Shown: positions 7,169 through 19,307 of the stretch, one piece after another
Layout: each line of letters begins with the position of its first letter
How positions within the stretch are numbered: the first letter of the stretch is position 1
Translations under genes and position numbers: made by a program
The notes under the pieces: model-generated
The model's database searches: none
Seen by the model: the letters and a program-made list of their open reading frames with translations, nothing else
What the model was told of the DNA's origin: nothing
Source: Paraphysomonas bandaiensis
Lineage: Eukaryota > Protista > Chrysophyceae
Length of the DNA: 19,348 nucleotides
Assembly (NCBI GenBank): GCA_965644295.1
Contig: CBFFRP010000305.1
Coordinates: 1-19,348, forward strand
Reading direction: 5' to 3'

Positions 7169-10100
7169 TCAGGTGACAAAATGCTGAGATGTATGGCCTA
7201 AAAAGGCATCATCTTCCCACTGTATTTCCTCCACAACGTCGCCAAAACCCTCCAGCCCTGTCTCATTTTTACTTTCCACAGTAGCATCCTCTCCATTCAG
7301 TGAACAGCTATCAATCAACATGATTGCATCTTTACTGAGTACCCACGAATCAGAAACAGATCTCTGGTTCATAAATCCACCCAATGAATAACTCGATTCC
7401 TCCAATTCAATTTTATCTTCATTGTGATTAAACTCTCCAGATTTTGTTCCTCCCACACAGCGTGTTGAAATATCATCCTGCTTTCGGAATTCCTGGCATT
7501 CTCTCAAACTTCCAATATGTAGAATCTGTTCCAACCATTCCGACACAACCCGGTCACCGAAGAAGTCTGATTCATCTCCTACCGGGCCAGGCCACCGCAA
7601 CCCATTCTGCACCATATAGATCGAATCAGGATCATATTCATCACTATCCTCCCACGACACATGTCCATCATGCACCATTCCAATATCTGATGGAGCTGAC
7701 GAACACACACTTAAGTGTGCATGTTCAGAACCGCCACCTAGAACTATCCCTATAGATCCCGTGCGCTCATCTTCACAGGTTGAAAGAGACGAACATCTTC
7801 GTATACGTGTAGTAATCTCGTTTGACGGAGGATGGGATTCTCTTTGCACCGTACCGACATTACTCTTCCTCGGCTCGTTGTCAAAATCGCTCTCAGCTTC
7901 AGCAGGATGCACACTACGAGGTGATACAGACGGCGGGTCAACTGAAACACTCTCGCTGGATGGAAGCGCGCCTGCAAAATCCAATCTAGTTGATCCTCTT
8001 CCTGAAATCGTCATAAAATGAAGTATGACAGCGACTGTCACACATGGAACAAAGGCTAACACTGGATTCAGTCTGAAGAGTCGTACGTGTAAGACAACTA
8101 TATAACCCAATCCAAATGTACTGACAATCTCCAGGGCCATGTCTTGAATCGGTTCAGGCAGCTCAATCATACTCGTAACCGCAAATAACAGCACTCTACT
8201 GAAGGCTTGGGTCAAAAACTGAAACCTCGTATCGTAATTACGCTGCATCGATCGGGTCTTGGTCTTCACTGATTTCTTCGGCCACGGTGTGGAATATTGC
8301 TCTATTAGTCTACTCTCTGGAAGATTTGGATACAATGACGCCAATCTAACGGAGGGGTAAAGATACCTAGCAGCGTTGAATCCGTCATCAGAAACACTCA
8401 AAAGAGATCTGTAATTTTTCGAATTTTGTTTGAATGAAACTATATCATGTGTCACTTTCCTTTTAATCTTCATGACATCTTTCATTGTCATAAATGGAAT
8501 GACAATATGTTGAATAATTACCATACCAGTACAAACAAGTGTTACATTAAATATAAGCCATACAACAAAACTGTAAAACCAAGCCTTCTGCCGAGTTTCT
8601 GTTTGTCGCATTGCGAATAGGTATATATACAGCAACATCGCAGCCGCCACCACAGAGAGAAAAACCCACGTGCAAACTTTCGCAAATAGCGTAGCCTTTC
8701 TCTTGGGGACATTATCTCGGCGATCTTTAGCATCCAATATCTGACCATTTGCACTGTCCATAAGATCCTTGATGAATAGGTAAACTAACCTCTTGTTCTT
8801 ATCTTCTCTGGTTATACTTGGATTGCCAAAATATAAAGCTTCGCGCTGTACACGCTTACGAACATTACTCAACTCTGAGAGGATCACTGCTTGCCCAGTG
8901 TTTTCGGAATTCTCAGTAAAACTGGCGAATAATTTCGTTAGTTTCAAAATCATGCTGTCTTTGACATCAGCAGTAAGTTCTTCCCCCCAAACACCTACAA
9001 AACAAAAGCACTATCAGCACAATATACACCACATCACAAAAATACTTACAATCGAACTCCTCCCGCTCAGAATCCGTTAGTACACTTCGAAATCGTTTGA
9101 TATCGTTCAAAAGACGGGCATAATCTTCATGAAGAGTAGATTCATATACATTACCCGAAATTTCAACCATAGGGGCACTATTATTATATGATGTGGAATT
9201 CTCAATATGTGCTGCGTCATGACTGTCTCCACGCTCCAGTGTGCTAACTCTCGACAATTGTCTTCTCCGCTGTTCTATGCCCTCTTGTCTTCTCTCAGCC
9301 GATAAAATGAACATAATCAAACTTTGCAATGATATCGCTATCGGTGTACTAATAGCTGCTGCAAATAGTGCTACCATGAGCACACGCTCGAAATCGTTAC
9401 TTATCGGTCGAATAGAGCAACTTTCTTCCGCAGCATCCCAGTAACACTTACTCTCACTTCTAGACAACGATGACTTCTCTTTCAAGCACTCTTTCCTACT
9501 AGTGTAGGTTTCACACGAACCATCATCAGGATCAGCGATGTCATAAGTGATGGCCTCAATGAAGAGCATCGTCAGAATGTTCATAAGAAGTGACATGATA
9601 CGGATGGGACGTGCACATGTTGGTGAATAATGACATACCACACCGATCCAGCGGTGATATATCTGTACTTCATTCGACACTTTCTTCCAGAGTGGAACTC
9701 GTCTCAATACCATCGGAAGTGCATCTTCGATCATCTGAACATCTTTATTACTGACAGAGTTTTGAACCTTTGCTTGTGCCAACTTTGCCCTGCCAAATTG
9801 CGGCTGTACAGTTACATTACTGCTGGACCGAAACACGCGTGCAATTATCGCATCCGTTAAGGAAGTTGATTTTGTTATTAACTGTCGACCGCTTCTACTG
9901 CTACTGGGAGTAACTCTATTACGTCGTGATAAAAGTGATGACATCTTGTAAATTCCTTCACTTTCTATACTCTTCACATAATCCTTTTCAGATGCTTTAT
10001 CACGATTGTCCAAATGATAGGCACCTATAACAGAGAGTATTCCAAAAAGACCTATGAACCCAACCGTGAGTAGAACGCGAATACTTCCCACAACATCACG

Positions 10101-13100
10101 TCCACTTAAATCATCTGCACTTGTCCATGTATCTACAAACTCAATCAATATAGAGCGACTCACTGAAGCAAAGTCAACAGACACCGCACTGTCGTCAGAT
10201 GACTCTGACTCCTGCATTCGTCGCCTCTGCCTCTCCAATGGAAGCGTGCATTCACATGTTGTATTGAAGCCAGTGTACTCTATCATCGTACATGATACAC
10301 TATCGTCCCCAATAGCATCACACGTAACTGAGAAATCATGAACAGGGCATGAACGGGATACAGTTCCTGATGAAGACCCGTTACATGATAGAGTGATAAT
10401 ATCTCCTGCCAGACATTTGTACTCTTGCGATATCGGTTCTCCTTTCTCACAATCTAAATAGAGAGTGCCGATATCATTATCATCAGACACATGACTATCG
10501 GGGATACTCTTCACATTCTGTAGGACAACAGTCAGGTTACAGGCATCAGATGAAGAAGAATTACAGGGGGAGTTGTCAAAGCGAAGACCAAAAGGAACAC
10601 TTAAAGAATACGTATCATTACTGAAGTGAGACACTAATGATTCAACAACAGCAACTTTAAACGCAGTTTGATACGCACTCTGAGGTATCACTGCAGTCTG
10701 AGAGCTCGAGCCTACCAAATCTTCAAGAATAGTTCGAGGTGAAGTGACAGTAGAATTGTCCCGTCCATCAAGAGATAAACATGTAAAGCGAAACAAATTA
10801 CTCACTACATCAATTGAGTTCTGTCCTTCAACCATATCCAGCAATATGAAGTCGTAATAGGCTTGATATAACACGAAGGATGTTCTCCCGGCAGATGGGT
10901 CGGCATCAAGAACTAAGTCTAAAACAGTGCTCACTGCAGTGATGTCTTCATAAGACAAGCCAAGGTCGATGGCGTCTGCAATGAACTCCACTGCCATGAA
11001 TGCTATCAAATCTTTCGTTTTATCCTCAATACCGCTTGAATCGCTGCATATAGAGGCCAAACCTTCTATCCAAGAGACAATAGTATCTGCTGAAGGGTCT
11101 TCCAGAAGCGAGACACTACGAATCGCTTCCGCAAGCTGATGCCGTGTTTGCAAAGTCTGATTTAATTCATCTACGCTATACTCACACGACTGACCAGTGA
11201 AGCCATCGTAACAAGCGCAGATAGCTTTACAGTGAACACTCAGCACATTGCAAGTGGTGTACGTGACATTGACATTGTATACAGATACATATTGGCAATA
11301 CCCAGAATACGAACACTCTCCAGGACAGGCCTTAGGCATGATAACACATACATTGGAATCGCACATTTCCCACTGCGTGACGTCACAGTCACTGTTTCGG
11401 GTGCATGACGTCGGAATCGACGAGCCCATTGAAAGGCGTCTTCTCTTGTCATCGCTCAAGTGTAAACAGTACGTATTCGCATGTCCACTTTCTCCAGCAT
11501 ATCCTTCCAAACACTCTCCACATGTACTCGCAGTTGTCGTGCAGTCGAACCTATTCAGACTTGTACAATTAGGGGCGGAAGAGCAATTCACACCGTTTAG
11601 AATTGAGGTTGTGGTTGCAATTGCCTTTTTCATCTCATCAGCATAGCCATTCGAGTTCGCAAGAGCATCTGCAAGGTAGTTTCGTTTGTCCTCTGCAGAG
11701 AGCTCCTGCCTCTTTACCTCCACAGACCGATAGGAAGCAATCTTGGCATCAAGAATGTCAAAAACTTGTAATCTTGTTCTAAGCATGAAATCCGCAGAAT
11801 CTCTCCCTGCCGGCAAGTCGGTAGACACGTAAGAGAGCTCCAACCGTGACCGGTGAACAAGATACGCTCCAGATGAGCCTTGATAAGCGAATTCGTAAGA
11901 TAACGGAATATCAGAATCTTCCCACTTTGAAGCCAAAAATGTAAAATCCGTGTCAAGCATGGTGCCTGTGGGTGGCGAAACAGAGTAGCTACCCGGATAT
12001 GGAGGAGAATTAGTCGATATCGTAATGCCAGCAGTCGCAGCGTACCCTGTATCTAGGCTGCACGCAAGTTGGAAGCTAAATTTCGACTCCTGGGGTAGAG
12101 TGTAAGGTGGTAGCACCAGACTCAACGTATACACTTCCCGAGATGACGCTGGAAGTGCTATCGCTTTTGTCACTTCGGACAGTGAAACCGATTGCAGGTG
12201 TATTGACGGATCATCAACAGACCAAGTTGCTGTACCACCAGCGGCAACTTCCACGGTGGCAAGTAGTTTGAATTTCTGAGAGGGATTGATTCGAGTCCCG
12301 CTTGACGATGAAAGGGTCACTAATGGAGCCAGAGATGGAAGAACAGTGACTACAACTGTTGTGGTAGAAGATCGAAAATCTTTTGTGTGAAAAACCTTCA
12401 CAGTCAGCTGATGAACGCTATTGATCATCGTATCACTGGCATTCTGAGGAACAGATAATGACACCTGTGAAGGTGAAATAGCTGACATAACCAATTCGCT
12501 GACAGCTTTGTATGACGGATAGGTTTGTGCACAGGTAAAGGCAAACGACAATTCCGCACCAATGCCTGTGGCTTCGTTATTATCTTCGTCGTAGCTTCCA
12601 GACGCATCAACATATGTTGAGCTATCCGTTCGAACACCCCTACTAGATGATCCAGACACCTTCGCAACAACCAACCCTTTGACCACTGTCACAGACACCG
12701 AAGCGGAGGAATACTTCAACGAATCTGTGTGCTGAGCTGTCAGGGTTACAGTATATACAGTCCCAACTTCCAGAGTGTAAGGCAACAACTTGAACGTCCG
12801 CGGGTCACTCGCTAGAGATACTAAGCTGAGAGGGGCCCCTTGTGCAAATATTTTCCACGAATATAGTATATTCGCAGTGCTGGTCGCCCCACCACATACG
12901 GAGGTGTAAGCTTGACCAGTGACTGATAGCGGAGAATATCTGTACTGCAACCTCAGCTTCTTAGAATTCAAAGATACTACAGGAACATTCTCAGATGAAG
13001 AAACAACAAAAGGGTGCGTTGACCTCCCACAACCACCGATAAAATTACACATAACTACAGAAATACTGTATGCAACTCCTGGATACAGTAAGGCCCGTGG

Positions 13101-15104
13101 CACTATCAGGACGCCTGATGCTTCGTAATTGGTGTTTAAATAAGCAGTAACCAAGGAAACATTCTCATGAGTTCCATAAACATTAAATGATACATTCACA
13201 AAGGGGCGCCCCCCTGATCCCTTGGATCCAGAAATATCTATAGGTAGTGAGTCACATGGTCCAATCAGAGAAGGTGATATAATCGATAGAGCGGGAACAA
13301 TAGGCGTTTGCGGAGCATGTACTCTGATAGAGGCCAATGAACTAAATTGCCAAGTACTGCAAGCAGGACCGTTGTTCAGGACTTTACATTTAGCTCGAAT
13401 CTTATTCGCTCGCAGTGTAATTACATCAGACACACCAACTACTCCATTCGCCCCAGGAAATATCGACACTCTGGAATCATCGACCCATAGACACTTCGTA
13501 TCCTTCTGAATACCGGGAAACGAAAACACATCCATGCAGTTGAAATTATTGATATATCCTGCACGATTGGTGGGTGCATCAAACAGCACTAGAATCTTAG
13601 TTCCATCTTTAAGAAAGGTCGCAGATTTCAATACTGGAACCGCAGGTTCCGCATCAACAGCAAGCACTGTGATAAAACTTGAGGGAATATAGGAAATGAC
13701 ATAATCACTTGCTGATAATCCTGACATTGTAAATGCCAAGGCGTACACACCAGCGTTCTGGCGAATATACGCCACATACTCAATAGACGACGAAGTGAAA
13801 GCCACAGAAGATGGGACAAACGGATATACTGTTGAGTTTTGAAAGGCAGCCAGTGATACATTTAAGTCATTAGGTATCACATCACCAGCATCGAGCTTCA
13901 ATGCAACAGCCATGTCTTCTCCACTCGAGTACGAGGTTGCAATCAATTCAACACTTAAAATTCGACAGCATGCCGTTTTTGCCGCTGATTTGGTCCCACG
14001 CATTAAATCAAAATCCATTGGAGTGTCTAATGCAGAGTATGTAGCGCAGTACACATCATAATCTGAAGACGCAATTAAACCGTCAATGATAAATGGCACA
14101 GTCGTTGATGTAATCGATATCAAGTCGTTGTGAAGAAGAAGAGTACTAACAGTAGATGGAACAAATGAATCCGACGTTAGATATGCTGCGCGAACGAGAG
14201 ACCCTTCCGGTACATCGACAGCTACTGTGGCTGTAATCGAGTTAGTTGTGCTGGATACAGTTACGCTCAATATATCCGATGCCACTGATAACTCGGTAAA
14301 AGCTATGTGCAATATGTTTAATATCGTAGGATAAAGGGGTTTCTCAACCTCATCACATGGACTATCGTATATGATCGCAGATGGGGTAACAGTTGATGGC
14401 GTGCATGGAGAGCTAGTACAGTTCGCACACAGGAATGCAGAAGTCATGCTCCCACAACGACCTACCATCCACCTCGTATCATGACATTTGAACGACATGG
14501 AAGAAGACACGGTTGCCTTGGATACTGACAGAAGTGTGGCCACAATATCAGCAGCAGTTGCGCTATCGTTACAAGTCACAGTCACTGATTCGAGGTCAGC
14601 TGAGTAGTCTACTGTCGATATCATACTGAGAGAAGAAGCTGCATAGGTAATCAATGTTGTCACAATATCGTCATTGACGAAGACATCCCATTCGTCACAT
14701 GTACCGTACCCACGTTCACCTTTGACTACTAAGCTCGCAAAAGTACTTCTCGCTCCAAGGTCAATGCCATTGATATATGTATCATATTTCTCTTTCCACA
14801 GCGTTATGAATGATATGGACGGAGACAGAGAAGGTACAAACGTAGGACTCATGGAGAATGTTGGTGGCAAAGTTGGATAGTGAGTAACTGTAGGAACTGG
14901 CGCGTATGTCGGTCGGCAAGTTGGAGATGACGTCGGTACCCTAGTAGGAATACTAGTAGGTGAAAATGTGGGAAATCTTGTAGGTGATATTGTAGGTTTA
15001 GATGATGGCACTGAGGTGGGATACGAGCTGGGATCATAAGTGGGAATGTACGTGGAGTGCTCGATGGCGGATCTCCATAGGAACCTACTGCATGTTACAC
15101 CCAT
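7169..15104 (-). CDS. Large polycystin-1-like/REJ-domain multi-pass membrane receptor (~2,626 aa from ATG 15104; exons 15104-9050 and 8994-7169; true 5' end uncertain)
   Basis: The 2045-aa and 594-aa ORFs join in frame through a 55-nt GT-AG intron (...EREEFD-C-VWGEELTADVKDSMILK). Domains: N-terminal PT/PS mucin-like repeats, REJ-like motif NSPPYPGSYSVSPPTG..DTDFTF.ASKWEDSDIPLSYEF, EGF-like Cys clusters (CACYDGFTGQSC), GPS-like C..C.C, about 7 hydrophobic segments and an acidic tail. Confidence 0.88.
8995..9049 (-). other. 55-nt spliceosomal intron
   Basis: gtaagtattttt...ttttgtttttgtag-type ends (donor GTAAG at 9049, acceptor TAG ending 8995). Phase 1; splicing restores the frame. Confidence 0.92.
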
Positions 15105-15232
15105 AGGGTCCCTGTCATATCACATCATACCTCTCTGTCATAGATAACATGAAACCCATCCCTTAGAGATGGATCGAGTTCGTCGATGGGACTGATATCA
15201 GATGTGTGTGCGCCGTCTGTCTCATTCGACAT
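15085..15232 (-). other. Candidate upstream exon (15232-15131) plus 46-nt intron (15130-15085) of the REJ gene
   Basis: MSNETDGAHTSDISPIDELDPSLRDGFHVIYDRE | gtatga...cagtag | VPMEIRHRAL. It needs a frameshift at ~15054 to enter the TYIPTYDPSS frame. Confidence 0.5.
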
Positions 15233-15247
15233 GTCTGTAGTGACAGT

Positions 15248-15274
15248 GTATGTATATGTATGTATATGTATGTA
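15248..15274. repeat. (tatg/tatatg)n microsatellite
   Basis: gtatgtatatgtatgtatatgtatgta. Confidence 0.85.
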
Positions 15275-15567
15275 GAGTGATATTATACAGTGCAGATATT
15301 TCAACTCAAGTAATGAATGACCGCTACGAGCATATCACTGAGAAGTACTACACTGAACTCTATCCACTTGATTGGGGTGCGGAGATTACATGCATGAGGT
15401 CAATGTTGCTGAAGAAACATTCCCACTGCTAAACTATACACACAGACCACTCGCGATATATCGCGGTATCAATTTTAGGGAAAAGTGCTATTTTTATCAA
15501 AACCCCGCTATTTTTAGCAAGAAAACTCTGTAGTGGTTTTTCGCATACACCCAGCAGCAGAGCAGCA

Positions 15568-15882
15568 GAGCTAAATGAGCAAGATGTCTTAGACTCACAA
15601 TTAAACCAAATAGAAGAAATGAAAGACACAGAGGATCTGGAACAGAGGAGTTCAAATACGTTTACAAGAGACAATTTAATCAAGCCGTGGCTAAAATCCA
15701 ATGATGAGGAAGCGCCAGAGGAAGCTGAAGTGGAACTGCCCGTAAACTTTGGATTTTAGCCACGGCTTGATTAAATTGTCTCTTGTAAACGTATTTGATC
15801 TCCTCTGTTCCAGATCCTCTGTGTCTTTCATTTCTTCTATTTGGTTTAATTGTGAGTCTAAGACATCTTGCTCATTTAGCTC
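15568..15882. repeat. Inverted repeat IR3: arms 15568-15701 and 15749-15882 (134 bp, 1 mismatch), 47-nt loop
   Basis: Direct reverse-complement comparison; the only difference is gagttcaaat vs gagatcaaat. Confidence 0.97.
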
Positions 15883-16060
15883 CCGGTAGCCTGTCTAAGC
15901 AGCTCGTCCATAAAAGGATATAATTTACCAGTGAGTGCCGGCAATCCTAGTATTATGTCCTGACTCTTCATGTCTAAGACGAAAAACTCTCCAGTGTATG
16001 TGTGAGTCTTCGCTCTCTTGTCTTCAACTTTCAAATTTAACTTCTGACGGCCTGTATTGT
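15568..16060. mobile_element. Ty3/gypsy-like LTR-retrotransposon pol remnant (protease C-terminus and protease-RT linker), folded back on itself
   Basis: The minus strand gives GEFFVLDMKSQDIILGLPAL, the retropepsin-type F.VL...DIILG motif. After a frameshift it continues ELNEQDVLDSQLNQIEEMKD...LIKPWLKS. The + strand arm continues ...PWLKSNDEEAPEEAEVELPVNF. No catalytic D(S/T)G, RT or integrase is seen. Confidence 0.6.
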
Positions 16061-16158
16061 AAGCAACTATTGCTGCTACAAGAGTATGAGTGCAGTGCTT
16101 CAGAAGATGACTGATAGAGAGCAGTTGACCCACTGCGTGGGCGCTTGAACACTCTAAA

Positions 16159-16232
16159 CTGCATATGCTATGACTATGGTGGGGCTGATGAGTCAATGCT
16201 GCATATGCTATGACTATGGTGGAGATGATGAG
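16159..16232 (+). repeat. 40-bp-period tandem duplication
   Basis: ctgcatatgctatgactatggtggRgMtgatgag at 16159 and 16199. Confidence 0.92.
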
Positions 16233-17088
16233 CCTAGTCTGGAAGTTTCGGAGTTTTTGATGCTGTTAATATCTCTGCCACTTTGCATTGCACATACTTA
16301 TCGTGTGTAACGCAGAAATGAAGAGGGGGCCTGGTGTGAAGGAAAGAGCATACGATGCGATACGGACTAATGCTTTTGTGGCATGAGCATCCCCAGACTT
16401 CCTCCCCTAATCAACATGAGCCGGAGTAGAAAGTCGAAGGGACATACAGATTAAAGATCTGCCACTTATACATGAGATATATGCCGAATACATGGACCGC
16501 AAGTTGGTTGTGTTATGATGTTATGACAAGTAATTTGGGAAAGAGCGTATGATTCGGATTAAACACTCTCAACTCACCGAATATACATGTAGCATGTAGC
16601 TGACTAAATCTTGTATAATTAAGTTCTTGTCGGTGCATGCAATTAAGTAGATGAGAGTCATGCTATGCATAGTGCCGAGCGAGTTGTTAAATTGGTTGTG
16701 GCAACGTACAAGCATATAATTCGACGTTATTATGTATTGTCCAGTGCATTTGCCTCTCTGGTGGGTATCCTAAATTAAATATAAATAGATTGTCAGCATG
16801 TGTAATCAACTTCAAGGAGAAAACTTCAGATGGTATAGAGTAGAGCACCATTATGACTACTATTATAAGTTTGAAAATATGCTTTACTCATCCCAGACAT
16901 AATAATCAAAATCAAATATAATACTAAAAACCTATCCTTAAATTCCTATAGCCTTTTCCAGAAAGAAACTATCAGAAGTGCTATACTGTATTCGCTGGAG
17001 AATAGTGAACTTAAAATGGCACTCTTGCACATAGATCAACTTCATTACCCTTCCAAATGCTAATGATGACTCATATTTTTAAAGCGTG

Positions 17089-17701
17089 CTATACATTTGA
17101 GGATGAGTTTTGCTTAGCCTATATGACATCATAAGTTGGAACATACAAGGATATTGATACAAGCTACCTTATGTTCAGCAAGGCTCTCGTTGTACGCAGC
17201 CAGCTTGGCTTCATAAACTTTTTTCAAACACAAAATCCCCAGAACAAAATACAATAAACCCGACAGAATCATGGCATAGGCACAGCAAAATACAATTGCA
17301 ACCGCTGTCGAATCAGACCATGCCTCGCCGTCATGACTCTGTAGCACTAAAACGCCTATGAAAATATAAAATAATCCACGAACGGTCCATTTCTTTGATA
17401 TTAATGATTCTTTCATAGTTTTTGTCCAACCCAGTTGCACCAACACTATAGGGAACGTTAAGGCAAACACGTATATCCGTATAACAAAATCGATATAGGA
17501 TAAATTCGTATAGATGAGATCTATAATCTGTGACACTGAAACAGCTGCAGCTGCAAGAACAGTGTCATGTGAAATAAATTCTAATGTCATCAAGAAACAT
17601 CCTTTCTTCGGTGGAGGGTTCGCTGCTTTCTGATTTTGGTTTGTTAATGGAGTCTTATCGTCTGTGTTGGATCTGGTCTGCGTTTTATCTTTTGGAGGCA
17701 T
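17089..17701 (-). CDS. COPI-associated / Golgi TVP15-type 4-TM membrane protein (187 aa; exons 17701-17168 and 17118-17089)
   Basis: Four hydrophobic segments with RIY..., WTVRGLFYIFIGVL and GLLYFVLG motifs. A probable 49-nt intron (gtagct...catatag, 17167-17119) gives the C-terminus ...LAEHK-AKQNSSSNV*. Confidence 0.8.
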
Positions 17702-19307
17702 CTGATAGTGATCGAATGATATCTAATATCTTATTGCTGAAGGAAGAGGAAGAGAGATTACAGTGTCATATGACCCCCTGTGAAGATTATTGGATTGCAA
17801 TGATACTGTTGATTGATTCCATATTCTAATTGATGCATTCTATCATGATCGCTGTGCGTGTCTCTCATAGGCACTCCATAGACGTGTAGTGCTGTATTCG
17901 GTATTCTTTAATTCATATAGAACATTGCGCATATCCGGATATCCTGATCTAGATATCCCGATATACAATTTGGTGTGTGTGCAGATATTGAAAATCCCTT
18001 ATTTTATTTTCAATTCAGGTTTTTCAGCTAGAACACTTGAAAAACAACACCACGAGCTGACGGCTTGTAAGGTAAACTTTGTATGTGAAAGTGGAAAGCC
18101 CACTTTTTATGGTCTGAAAATGTGGACATAGATGTGCATGTGTTGAGAGGAGTCGTTCAGCACATGACCACATGACATGCATAACTTATCACAGCATACT
18201 ATACCCTGATGCTGATGCTTAGTTAGCAGGAATCCCTTTTCCAATGCTACACTAGATTCTTACGAATATCTCAGTCGATACTTAATCACTCTAAGGGATC
18301 ATATGCTTATTGCCTATCAAACTTTGTCCTCCATGTCCCAAATATCTGCTTCGAGTGATCCTATCCTCTCCATATAGAGTACCAGGCGAATATCTGTACA
18401 ATGAATACTCATTCGGTAATGGACTCAGCCGAGTAGCGGGTATGACGGAGATCAGGGGGGCAGTAACGTTTGATTAATTGAGAAAAGCGGAAATATGAGA
18501 ATCATGTTCAGCAAAGCCTATCTATCAATAAATTGCCTGATGTACCTTGTTATTGGTGCATTTCATATATGTATATAGCGTATATATCTGTCGTACATAT
18601 ATGCGACTAAATATATCCCCTCGACAGTGATATATAAAGAGAATTAATGTATTGTATAAATAAAAAATTACTTTATGCGTTTCTAGAATGTTCTGTCCTT
18701 CTGCCATATTCGAGTTCTTAAAGTTCATCCGTAATCCTAATCTTACCATGGAGCAATGCATGGAAGGATTGTATGCTTGTATGAATATTCTATTGCCATA
18801 TTGACTAAACCCGTCCTACCTGTATCTCGTACCACCTTAGGGATCCTTCCATGTTATTAGTAACAAAAATTGACTCCATAACTACTCAGTAAAAAATGCA
18901 TACAATTCACAAGTACAGAATTGCATCTTACTATCAACAGTGTATATGATTCTCAATCCTTAAGGAACGGCCTTCGTCCATAATTAAGATTACCAATATA
19001 TCTTTCTCATTTCTTTTGACTACAACATCTCATCATTGGCTTAATATTTCACTGATGATGTATAGTGTATACAATACAACTATTTTACTTCCAACATACA
19101 CGCACAGAACAGCTACGTTCTCAAGCTATTTTATACTTAATACTTAAAATACAAAATAATTCTAGGACGCGGATTACAATACTGCAATACTGGATATATT
19201 TTATAGCCTTATTATCTAGCCTTATTAATTTTAAAGTTGCTCGAATATAGTAATAACATGCATCAAGATCAAGTTGCTCGCACATCATCCTCCACACTAA
19301 GCAGTAG

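Noticed and set aside
7444-14880. Many 60-130-aa ORFs overlapping the REJ gene
   Set aside because: They are antisense or alternate-frame shadows of a long CDS with no recognisable motifs.
16320-16345. gaagagggggcctgg-TGTG as polypurine tract plus LTR start (similar G-run at ~18454-18460)
   Set aside because: There is no second LTR, TSD or adjacent integrase sequence to support it.
18100-19250. Short ORFs or exon-like pieces right of the COPI-associated gene
   Set aside because: No consistent spliced model or motif could be built.
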